Below, in pieces: positions 6,706 to 14,135 of a DNA stretch of 20,459 nt. Source of the DNA: Pseudobacteriovorax sp. (GTDB lineage Bacteria; Bdellovibrionota_B; Oligoflexia; Oligoflexales; Oligoflexaceae); the NCBI GenBank assembly GCA_050293845.1, contig JBNKNM010000002.1, forward strand, positions 82,144 through 102,602. Direction: 5' to 3'. The position numbers were made by a program, and so were the translations under genes. Within the stretch, counting starts at the first letter, position 1, and each line of letters opens with the position of its first letter. Under the pieces are notes generated by a model. It saw nothing but the letters and a program-made list of their open reading frames with translations, had not been told where the DNA came from and did no database searches.

Positions 6706-7632
6706 GTGGTGCTACACACGGACGATTGGTTTTTACCAGCAACCCAGGGGCAACTTTCTGTGGAGGAGAGCCTTAATGTCGTTTTGCAAAGAGAAGAGGC
6801 CCGTCTCTATTTTGTTAAAGCTCTCAAGTCCGCTTTGCAGTCACCAGATCAACGGATATCTGATGCTATTTCAGCCCTGCGCTGGCAAGTTGGTGACTTG
6901 AGTAAAACCTTAGATTTTCGCTTGGGAATGTTACAGAAAAATCGGGCCCAAGCCTGGTTTCGCCCTTGCTCCGCTGCAGAGTTGGGTCCCTTTCCCGCTA
7001 GGATTAATTTTTCATCCTTGTTACCCAAAATCAATCCTGAGCAATCGCGGAAAGTTCGAAACGAACTGGTCCAGCTATGGGGGAGTCGCGAAATCCAAGG
7101 AGAACTCTTGCCCCGGGGCGATTACCTTTGGTCGGATTTATTAGAGTTGAATGGTTCCTGGGACCGCATTTGTCGCATGGAGGAACCTTACCAAGATCTG
7201 CGTCTTGATGAATTGCCAGAAGGTCTGCCAGACTATATAGCCAGCCACAGCCTCTGTTTTTATCTCGAAAAGGTAAATCAGCTCATCAAGTTGGCAAGGC
7301 AAGACCTCGATACTTGTTTTCAAAAATTTTTTCGTGTGACCGAGGCCTTTCTTCTAAACTACTACCAAAAACCTACACGCAACAGTTTTGATACAAAGAG
7401 TAACCATAACAAACCTCACAGGAGGCAGATTCGCTCGGGAGCTTTGCGAACTTCCTTAGCTTTTATGAAATTTGATGCTCCCCCCACTATTAAAGAGCTA
7501 AAAAAACGTTACTTTGAGATGGCTAAACAGTATCATCCTGACGCTACTCTGGGTAGCCCCGACCAGTTTCAAGTCCTACGCAGCCACTATGAAAAAATTT
7601 TGCAGGAAGTCAGAGTTAAGCCGCGAAACTGA
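6706..7632 (+). CDS. Protein with a C-terminal DnaJ (J) domain and an uncharacterised N-terminus
   Basis: ELKKRYFEMAKQYHPD...FQVLRSHYEKI contains the HPD motif. It starts 12 bp after the HAMP gene. Confidence 0.8.
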   Translation: MVLHTDDWFLPATQGQLSVEESLNVVLQREEARLYFVKALKSALQSPDQRISDAISALRWQVGDLSKTLDFRLGMLQKNRAQAWFRPCSAAELGPFPARINFSSLLPKINPEQSRKVRNELVQLWGSREIQGELLPRGDYLWSDLLELNGSWDRICRMEEPYQDLRLDELPEGLPDYIASHSLCFYLEKVNQLIKLARQDLDTCFQKFFRVTEAFLLNYYQKPTRNSFDTKSNHNKPHRRQIRSGALRTSLAFMKFDAPPTIKELKKRYFEMAKQYHPDATLGSPDQFQVLRSHYEKILQEVRVKPRN

Positions 7633-7663
7633 CACTTCACCTTCCAAGCGTCAACTTAAAACC

Positions 7664-7782
7664 CAGATTTGCTATCTTTCACCTGACTCTTCGTGCCTTC
7701 AGAAAAAAATGTCCTCATAAATGGGGATGAACTCTGGTATTTTTTTCGTGTACTTCGATTCAGGTGAAAGATAGCAAATCTG
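7664..7782. repeat. 119-bp palindromic intergenic element with perfect 23-bp terminal inverted repeats (MITE/REP-like)
   Basis: CAGATTTGCTATCTTTCACCTGA (7664-7686) is the exact reverse complement of 7760-7782. Inner GAAAAAAAT/ATTTTTTTC pairing extends the stem. Confidence 0.9.
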
Positions 7783-7812
7783 CTTCGTAGTGCTTACGAC
7801 AGAGGAGCTTGT

Positions 7813-7834
7813 AGAAAATACGCAAGTATTTTCT
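7813..7834. other. Perfect 9-bp hairpin with a GCAA tetraloop (possible terminator or structured leader)
   Basis: AGAAAATAC-GCAA-GTATTTTCT, enclosed by GGAGCTT/AAGCTCC (7804-7810/7846-7852). Confidence 0.5.
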
Positions 7835-8003
7835 CTGATCGATTGAAGCTCCAAATATGCAGATGTGGCTTTAGAAAGATTGTTTTGTTTGTATTTTAAG
7901 TTAAAAAGTCGTATGTGATGGAAAAGGTGTTAATTGTTGAGCGAAGTGGTAAACAATTAGCTCTAGGTCTTCCTCTGCAAATTTTATGAACTAGAAGGTT
8001 GAT

Positions 8004-9221
8004 ATGGTTTATTTTTCTCTTGAAGAAGTACGGGGACACTTCCCAGTTATTACTAATCATCCCGGTATAGCTTATCTGGACTCAGCTGCTAGCAGTCAAA
8101 AGCCTCAGCCAGTGCTAGAGCGTATTCAAAAGTATTATGCTCAGGAGCATGCTAATGTTCATCGGGGTATTTACAATCTGAGTGAGGTGGCAACGTCTCA
8201 ATTTGAGCATGCACGAAATTTGGGAGCTGCTTTTTTAGGAGGAGTTGAACCCCATGAAGTCATATTTACTAAGGGGACAACGGATAGTATCAACCTAGTC
8301 GCTCACGTCCTGGGAGAGGGGCGTTTGCAGCCCGGGGATGAAATTATTTTATCTGTTGCTGAGCATCATTCCAACATTGTGCCCTGGCAAATCGTAGCAC
8401 AGAGAGTTGGTGCTACCATCAAATATATGACTCTTGATGAAAACTTACGGATAGACTTGGAACAAGCTAAGACGCTTTTCACAGACCGTACTAAGGTTCT
8501 TGCCGTAGCTCATGTTTCAAATGTGTTAGGGATCGTCCATCCCGTTAAAGAATTATGCTCTCTGGCTAAGCAGAGGGGGGCAGTGTCTGTCATTGATGGT
8601 GCTCAAGCTGCCCCTCACCTTACTATCGATGTCAAAGACATAGGGTGTGACTTTTATGCTTTGAGTGGTCATAAAATGCTAGGACCTACGGGGATTGGCA
8701 TGTTGTACGGTCGTGCGGAATTGTTGGATTCTCTTCCCCCCTACCAAGGGGGGGGTGACATGATCGAGGAGGTGACTCTAGAAGGGTCAACCTGGGCACA
8801 ATTACCTAACAAGTATGAGGCTGGTACCCCTAATATTGCAGGGGCTATAGGTTTGGGAGCAGCCATCGAGTACTTGGGGAAGATTGACAAGGCTATGGCC
8901 CTAGAGCATGATGTTGCCTTAGGGAAGTTAGTTTATCACGCGCTATTAGAACATCCCAAAGTGAAGATTTTTCCGAAGCCTGGCTCCGATTGGGTAGGAG
9001 TGGTTACATTCTATCACGAAGCCATCCATCCCCATGATCTCGCTTCGATATGCGCTGATGAAAATGTGTGCATCCGTGCGGGGCACCACTGTGCTCAGCC
9101 CCTAATGAAATATTTAGGCGTACCTGCAACAGCTAGGGTTTCCCCGTACATATATAATAATGAGAAAGATGTGGAAAAATTTATCAAAGCCCTTAAAAAG
9201 GCAGAAGATTTGTTTTTTTGA
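8004..9221 (+). CDS. sufS: Cysteine desulfurase, SufS family (group II)
   Basis: YLDSAASSQKP, ANVHRG, EHHSNIVPWQ, the PLP lysine in SGHKMLGPTG, and the catalytic RAGHHCAQP motif. Confidence 0.96.
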   Translation: MVYFSLEEVRGHFPVITNHPGIAYLDSAASSQKPQPVLERIQKYYAQEHANVHRGIYNLSEVATSQFEHARNLGAAFLGGVEPHEVIFTKGTTDSINLVAHVLGEGRLQPGDEIILSVAEHHSNIVPWQIVAQRVGATIKYMTLDENLRIDLEQAKTLFTDRTKVLAVAHVSNVLGIVHPVKELCSLAKQRGAVSVIDGAQAAPHLTIDVKDIGCDFYALSGHKMLGPTGIGMLYGRAELLDSLPPYQGGGDMIEEVTLEGSTWAQLPNKYEAGTPNIAGAIGLGAAIEYLGKIDKAMALEHDVALGKLVYHALLEHPKVKIFPKPGSDWVGVVTFYHEAIHPHDLASICADENVCIRAGHHCAQPLMKYLGVPATARVSPYIYNNEKDVEKFIKALKKAEDLFF

Positions 9222-9307
9222 CATTCTCCCTTCCCTGTTCTCTCAAGCATGAGTTTCTCAGGAGGGGGTCATACGATGAAAATGGATAGGTTTCAAGGAC
9301 TTAAGAT

Positions 9308-9628
9308 ATGTATTCAAAACTGTGCCCGGTAGATGAGCTTAGACCTGGAGAGATAAAGGGCTTGGAAATTCAATCGATACCCATCCTTGTCGTTATTCAG
9401 GATGGGGTGAGGTGTTACTACGACCGATGTTCTCACCAGGATGTCAAGCTTTCAGACTTTGGTGCCATCATAGATAATGGTATAGTTTGCTATGCCCATG
9501 GTGCACGGTTTTGCCCCCTAACGGGAAAAGAGCTTTGCGAACCTGCGAAGGACCCTTTGTTAAGCATCCCCAGTAAGGTGGAGGCGGGGTTTCTTTGGGT
9601 TGATATTTCGAGGTACAAAAATGGGTAA
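9308..9628 (+). CDS. Rieske [2Fe-2S] ferredoxin
   Basis: C-S-H...C-Y-A-H-G-A-R-F ligand motifs in a 106-aa protein following sufS. Confidence 0.92.
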   Translation: MYSKLCPVDELRPGEIKGLEIQSIPILVVIQDGVRCYYDRCSHQDVKLSDFGAIIDNGIVCYAHGARFCPLTGKELCEPAKDPLLSIPSKVEAGFLWVDISRYKNG

Positions 9629-10025
9629 ATTGAATCTACCAAGCACAAAACCAAGCCTGTGGGCCGCCATACGGCTTTATTGTCCATACTGTCAGCGAGA
9701 GAAGCTGAATAAAACGAGAAATTGGTTTGTGTTCCGCGAAGGCTGCCCCCAGTGCGGTTATCGGTATGAACGGGAAATAGGCTATTTTACTGGCGCCTCC
9801 TGGATGGTAAACTTTCCTGTTACAGGAGTTCTAGGATTTTTAATTGCCATGTTATTGATTCTAAGGACCGATCTTAAAGCTATGCTGGTCGCTGTCATTA
9901 CCAGCGTGTTCGTACTGGTATTTTGCATCGCTTTTTTCCCCATAAGTCAAGGGATTTGGATGGTCATCGAGCAGTCCTTCCGCCCTTTAAATGAAGACGA
10001 TTGTTTAGAAAGTAAGGAGTCGTAA
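9621..10025 (+). CDS. DUF983-like zinc-ribbon membrane protein
   Basis: CPYC...CPQCG-Y-R-Y-E-R-E-x-G-Y-F-T-G-A followed by two TM helices. The ATG at 9621 overlaps the Rieske stop. Confidence 0.8.
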   Translation: MGKLNLPSTKPSLWAAIRLYCPYCQREKLNKTRNWFVFREGCPQCGYRYEREIGYFTGASWMVNFPVTGVLGFLIAMLLILRTDLKAMLVAVITSVFVLVFCIAFFPISQGIWMVIEQSFRPLNEDDCLESKES

Positions 10026-10792
10026 TGAGTTTTAATGTACAGATAGACAAAAGTGTGGCTCATATCTTCTTAGATACGAATGCTCAGAACACTCTCACAA
10101 CCCATGTAATGACAAAGTTGATCGATATTTTCCAGGGGATATCCCAAAATAAACAGGTTAGGGTAGCATTTTTACAAAGTAGCAAGCCCGAGGTGTTCTC
10201 CTTTGGCCTAGATCCGGCTTTTATGTTGGAACAAGATATAGAGGGGCGCTGCCAAGTATTTATGACGCTGATGTCGTTGATCCAAGCTGCCGATGAATTG
10301 GAAGTTCCCCTCATCACTGACATCAATGGCGCAGCCTTAGCTGGGGGTGCTGTTTTGGCTTTGTTGGGGGATTTTTCCATTGCCAACGACGACCATGCAA
10401 AAGTCTGCTTCTCCGAGGTGAAAGTCGGTCTTCCCGTGCCTCCCCCCATATTTGAGTTGCTGCGACGCCGGTGCTCAGAGTCTTTAGTACGCGAGATGCT
10501 GCTAACTGGCAGGAACATGAAAGGGCGGGATCTTGAGAAAAATGGTATTGTAAGCAACTTATACCATTCAGATAAAGATCGGGATACTTGCTGGAATGAC
10601 TTGGTGGGAAGGCTATGTCGTATTGATCGTGAGGTCTTGAGTATGACCCTCAAATCATCAAAAGTTGCCATGAAGCCTGCTGTAGATTATTTTCTAAAGA
10701 ATCTAAACACTGATTTTGTACCGTTTCTTTCAGAGAATTACCTTGTAAAAGGGCTAAAAGCTGTCATAAAAGGGGAGAGCCCTCAGTTTTAA
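10025..10792 (+). CDS. Enoyl-CoA hydratase/isomerase (crotonase) family protein, possibly an enoyl-CoA delta-isomerase
   Basis: VFSFGLD, INGAALAGGAVLAL and FSEVKVG motifs. Only the second catalytic Glu is kept, as in isomerases. TAATG coupling to the upstream gene. Confidence 0.88.
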   Translation: MSFNVQIDKSVAHIFLDTNAQNTLTTHVMTKLIDIFQGISQNKQVRVAFLQSSKPEVFSFGLDPAFMLEQDIEGRCQVFMTLMSLIQAADELEVPLITDINGAALAGGAVLALLGDFSIANDDHAKVCFSEVKVGLPVPPPIFELLRRRCSESLVREMLLTGRNMKGRDLEKNGIVSNLYHSDKDRDTCWNDLVGRLCRIDREVLSMTLKSSKVAMKPAVDYFLKNLNTDFVPFLSENYLVKGLKAVIKGESPQF

Positions 10793-10820
10793 CGAGGGCA
10801 TAAGCGGTTTACATATGAAA

Positions 10821-10923
10821 ATCCGCTATTTTCCGGCGCAAGGAAAAAAGTTCCCGCAGTTAACTCTTGTTAATAAGGGACTTTTCCGAAGCAACACCGC
10901 ATCAGGTGAAAATTGTGGATCTG
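10821..10923. repeat. Degenerate palindromic intergenic element related to 7664-7782
   Basis: ATCCGCTATTTTC/GAAAATTGTGGAT inverted repeat (11 of 13) with inner stems. The end TCAGGTGAAA-ATTGTGGATCTG matches 7760-7782 at 18 of 23 positions. Confidence 0.65.
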
Positions 10924-10934
10924 AGATAGGTCTC

Positions 10935-10963
10935 TTGACAGGTTCAAGCCATTACTGTAAAAG
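10935..10963 (+). promoter_or_regulatory. Probable sigma70 promoter of the L31 gene
   Basis: TTGACA (10935-10940), 17 bp, TAAAAG (10958-10963), then RBS AGGAG at 10990-10994. Confidence 0.55.
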
Positions 10964-11004
10964 GGCAATCTTTCAGATTGTCTGAATCTAGGAGTTGTAG
11001 ATCA

Positions 11005-11250
11005 ATGAAAAAAGATATCCATCCAGAATACGGATTTGTAGTTTTTAAGGATATTGCATCTGATTTTTCTTTTCTGACGCGTTCCACTAAGAAGTCAAAT
11101 GAAACGGTCAAGTGGGAGGATGGTAACGACTATCCCCTTATAAACGTTGAAATTTCTTCTGCTTCTCATCCTTTTTATACCGGCAAGCAAAAGCTTGTGG
11201 ATACTGCGGGTCGTATTGAGAAATTCCGTCGTAAATACAAAAAGAACTAA
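11005..11250 (+). CDS. rpmE2: 50S ribosomal protein L31 type B (zinc-independent)
   Basis: [14 protein letters not shown]...[21 protein letters not shown]. It is 81 aa with no CxxC motifs. ATG 11005 is preferred over TTG 10978. Confidence 0.96.
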   Translation: MKKDIHPEYGFVVFKDIASDFSFLTRSTKKSNETVKWEDGNDYPLINVEISSASHPFYTGKQKLVDTAGRIEKFRRKYKKN

Positions 11251-11256
11251 ATATCC

Positions 11257-11286
11257 AGTATCAGCCGCCATAGATGGGCTGATACT
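11257..11286. terminator. Hairpin between the convergent rpmE2 and motA genes (probable terminator)
   Basis: Perfect 10-bp stem AGTATCAGCC/GGCTGATACT. The U-tracts are weak. Confidence 0.6.
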
Positions 11287-11315
11287 ATTCTCTCCAGCTG
11301 TCTTTCCAAAATTCT

Positions 11316-12071
11316 CTAGTCAGTAGAGCTTCTGTGTTTAGGAGCCACAAAAGACTCTAGTTTTTGTTGGATAGCCCGTGGGTTTTCTCCCTTTGAAATC
11401 GAATTTATCCCCTCCCGTACAATCTCCATGATAACAACCTCTTCATCTGATCTAAACTTTAGCTTACCGGCGATAGGAATAAATATCATGTTGGCAATGA
11501 GGGCTCCATAAAGTGTTGTGATCAAAGCTACCGCTAAGCCAGGTCCTATGGCATTAGGGTCTGAGAGATTCGCCATAATTACAATGAGGCCGATAACGGT
11601 TCCGATCATACCAAAGGCAGGTGCGGCTTCTCCGAAGTTCTCTATGATAGTGCGGGAAGTTTTGTGGCGTTCCATTAAATTATCGATTTCGAGATCAATC
11701 ATCCCGTTGATAACTTCGGGCTCAAAACCATCGACAAGTAAGCGCACAGCTTTAGCAAAGAACTCATGATCTATTTGAACCTTTTCTAGGGCTAAGATAG
11801 ACCCTTTTCTCGCCGTGTTTGCACAGTCCACTACCATTGGAATAATGTCTGAGGGTTTTGTTGAGGGCTGAGAGAGAATTTTCATGGCAGCGCTCAGGGA
11901 GCCGATGAAGGTATCCAGGGGAAAACGGACCATTACGGAAAAAAACGCACCTCCAAAAACAATGAGGATGGAGAGAAGGTCCCAAAACAAGCCTAGGGAA
12001 CCGGCCAAGATCATCGCGACCACAATAAGCCCGAATCCCCCAATAAAGCCAATGAGGGTACCTAAATCCAC
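11316..12071 (-). CDS. motA: Flagellar stator A subunit (MotA/PomA/MotP)
   Basis: MDLGTLIG, SILIVFGG, ARKGSILALE, APAFGMIGTVIGLI, AVALITTLYG and GENPR motifs. GGGAGG RBS before the GTG start. Confidence 0.95.
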   Translation of the reverse strand: MDLGTLIGFIGGFGLIVVAMILAGSLGLFWDLLSILIVFGGAFFSVMVRFPLDTFIGSLSAAMKILSQPSTKPSDIIPMVVDCANTARKGSILALEKVQIDHEFFAKAVRLLVDGFEPEVINGMIDLEIDNLMERHKTSRTIIENFGEAAPAFGMIGTVIGLIVIMANLSDPNAIGPGLAVALITTLYGALIANMIFIPIAGKLKFRSDEEVVIMEIVREGINSISKGENPRAIQQKLESFVAPKHRSSTD

Positions 12072-12217
12072 GAATGCCTCCCATGAAGTATATGTCTATC
12101 TTATAGATTACCCAATTCTATGGGATTTTTAAACTTGTGTGGTTTTGCTTTTTGATAGAATTGAACTATTCTTAAAGGATAAAGCCTTCTCATTCCAAGC
12201 GCGAGGGACCTTATTTC

Positions 12218-13021
12218 GTGGCAAAAAAGAAACAGCAAGAGGAAAAGAAAGGTGAGGGCTGGCTTGTCAGCTTTGCCGATCTCATGACCTTGCTTTTTGC
12301 AGCCTTTGTGGTTCTCTACGGCTTGAAGCCTGAAGGGGTAGGTGATGCCGTGAAAGTCATCACAGCTACGGCAGCCATCCGTCAAACATTCAATGATACC
12401 CCTGATAAAATTCCAGAAGATCGCCGCACGGGACCTACCCAGCAAGGAAAGACAGTATTTGAGTATTTTAAAGGCGATCGGATGGTCAAGCCGATCATTA
12501 AAAAATATAGACGGCACGAAAATGCCTTAAATATAATTAACAAAGATATGCTACAAATTCGCCGACTTATCGATCTCAAGCTACAAGATGAAACGACCAA
12601 GTCCGGACGGAGAGGTCAGGATCGGGGGCAAAATCAAGGCGTTTCTGTTCACCGCGACACCAATGGGTATGTGGTGAGGCTCTTATCCTCGTATTTTTAC
12701 GAACCGGGTCAGTATCGCGTAAGTCGTAAAGATCTTTGGAAGATAAAGGAGTTAGGACAAGTGATTAAAGAGCAAGGGCGCAAGGTTTCCATAGAAGGTC
12801 ACACAGACGACATTCCCCAACAGGGGAGTTTTAGTAATTGGGAACTGTCTGCGTTACGAGCCTCCTATATTGCAAAAATATTTATTAACGAGCTGGATTT
12901 TGCTCCTGATAGGGTCAAAGCATCTGGTTATGCGGATACGAAACCTCTCACTGCTAATAGCTCTCCCGAAGGGAGGCGCTTGAACCGTCGCGTGGAAATC
13001 AGGGTGGAGTTTGATGACTAG
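12218..13021 (+). CDS. motB: Flagellar stator B subunit with OmpA-like peptidoglycan-binding domain
   Basis: WLVSFADLMTLLFAAFVVLY carries the essential Asp. IEGHTDD, SNWELSALRA and NRRVEI motifs are present. Confidence 0.95.
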   Translation: MAKKKQQEEKKGEGWLVSFADLMTLLFAAFVVLYGLKPEGVGDAVKVITATAAIRQTFNDTPDKIPEDRRTGPTQQGKTVFEYFKGDRMVKPIIKKYRRHENALNIINKDMLQIRRLIDLKLQDETTKSGRRGQDRGQNQGVSVHRDTNGYVVRLLSSYFYEPGQYRVSRKDLWKIKELGQVIKEQGRKVSIEGHTDDIPQQGSFSNWELSALRASYIAKIFINELDFAPDRVKASGYADTKPLTANSSPEGRRLNRRVEIRVEFDD

Positions 13022-13319
13022 GTTAGCCATATTGGGAATTATATTATTGATGGGATGCGACCCCAATCGCCATCAGAAATGCGAATGGTATCTGGTACCA
13101 GAACCAGACCATATTGATTTAGTTGAAAAGGGCTGGGTTTCTCTGTGTGCGAGAAACTATCATAATAACAAACAACGATGTTTTATTCAGGCAAAACTGG
13201 ACTTTGCTGAAAAAATCTATGGCAAGGCGTTTCGGTTTTCGAACTTGGAGCTGGATGATTCTCATCCTGCCAAGGTAAAGAGTATCAAGATTTGCACTCC
13301 AACAAATCCACCACCATAA
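13014..13319 (+). CDS. Small Cys-rich lipoprotein of unknown function
   Basis: Signal peptide and lipobox MTRLAILGIILLMG-C, with four further Cys. The start overlaps the motB stop by 8 bp. Confidence 0.75.
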   Translation: MTRLAILGIILLMGCDPNRHQKCEWYLVPEPDHIDLVEKGWVSLCARNYHNNKQRCFIQAKLDFAEKIYGKAFRFSNLELDDSHPAKVKSIKICTPTNPPP

Positions 13320-13326
13320 AAGCGAA

Positions 13327-13974
13327 TCAAGAACCAGTAGCAAGGGCATGGAGGTCTTGGGAAGAGTATATATGGGTTCCTGGAGTTTTTTGTATAGTAA
13401 GCTCCACCATGGCTTTAGCGACGGCAAAGCCATCGATAGCGCGCATGCTTAAAGGGAGATTTTTCATAAAAGGGGCTGCTAGAGATTCTAGGGTTCGGGA
13501 TTCGTTTCTTTTTCCCTGCAGCAACGAGGGCCGTACAATGCTAGCCGATTTAAGATTTAGACTTTTGATGGCTTGCTCCATTTCACCCTTAGTGCGGGTG
13601 TAAAAGAATGGCGACCGTAAGGATGCGCCCATGGAGCTGATTACACTAAAGTGCTCGCAGTTGAACTTTGCACATAGCTTTGCAAATTCCAGGACATACT
13701 CAAAATCTACCTGCCGAAAGTTTGTTTTAGTTTGAGCTTTGGCTTTAGTCGAACCGAGGCAACAAAATCCAGAAACCTCCCCTAACTCAGATAGAGATAT
13801 GTCTGCCAGTTGGGAAAAATCAGCAAGCTCAATCAATCTAAAATCTTTATCTATTATGGGGAGGGTGCGCCTAGCAAGGGCTACTACCTGGGTGAAGCTG
13901 GGGTGTTCTATGCAAATATGACATAAATGTTTCCCTACTAAGCCAGAAGCACCGATGATTAGTGCTGTGTGCAT
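13327..13974 (-). CDS. NAD(P)-binding atypical SDR (TIP30/CC3/YraR-like)
   Basis: ALIIGASGLVG, FCCLGST, FRQVDFEY, FFYTRTKGEME and RPSLLQG motifs. The GAGGAGG RBS supports ATG 13974 rather than 14028. Confidence 0.9.
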   Translation of the reverse strand: MHTALIIGASGLVGKHLCHICIEHPSFTQVVALARRTLPIIDKDFRLIELADFSQLADISLSELGEVSGFCCLGSTKAKAQTKTNFRQVDFEYVLEFAKLCAKFNCEHFSVISSMGASLRSPFFYTRTKGEMEQAIKSLNLKSASIVRPSLLQGKRNESRTLESLAAPFMKNLPLSMRAIDGFAVAKAMVELTIQKTPGTHIYSSQDLHALATGS

Positions 13975-14077
13975 AAAAACCTCCTCTTTGTGACTCGATT
14001 CTATTAAGCTACCAGAAATAAATTTCATTTGTAATGTCTCAGGCTGAGGAAACTTTTAAAAAACAAATAGTTGTAGC

Positions 14078-14104
14078 TAAGTTTCAGCAGAGATATGCCG
14101 AATA
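14078..14104 (+). promoter_or_regulatory. Possible sigma28 (FliA) promoter upstream of the sensor kinase
   Basis: TAAG(TTT)-N15-GCCGAATA compared with the consensus TAAA-N15-GCCGATAA, ending 31 bp before the ATG. Confidence 0.45.
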
Positions 14105-14135
14105 AACATCTGTAAGAAGTTAAGGTTTGTCCTAG

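Noticed and set aside
8748..8755. G8 tract in sufS as a phase-variation site
   Set aside because: It encodes the conserved GGG of the QGGGDMI motif in frame in a housekeeping gene.
10084..10671. 195-aa antisense ORF
   Set aside because: It is a shadow of the crotonase gene with no motifs.
12101..12517. 138-aa minus-strand ORF upstream of motA
   Set aside because: It is mostly antisense to motB and has no recognisable domain.
11316..13021. Zorya ZorAB anti-phage system or ExbBD/TolQR
   Set aside because: The A subunit is 251 aa without the long ZorA tail and no zorC/D/E genes are present. The motifs are those of flagellar stators.
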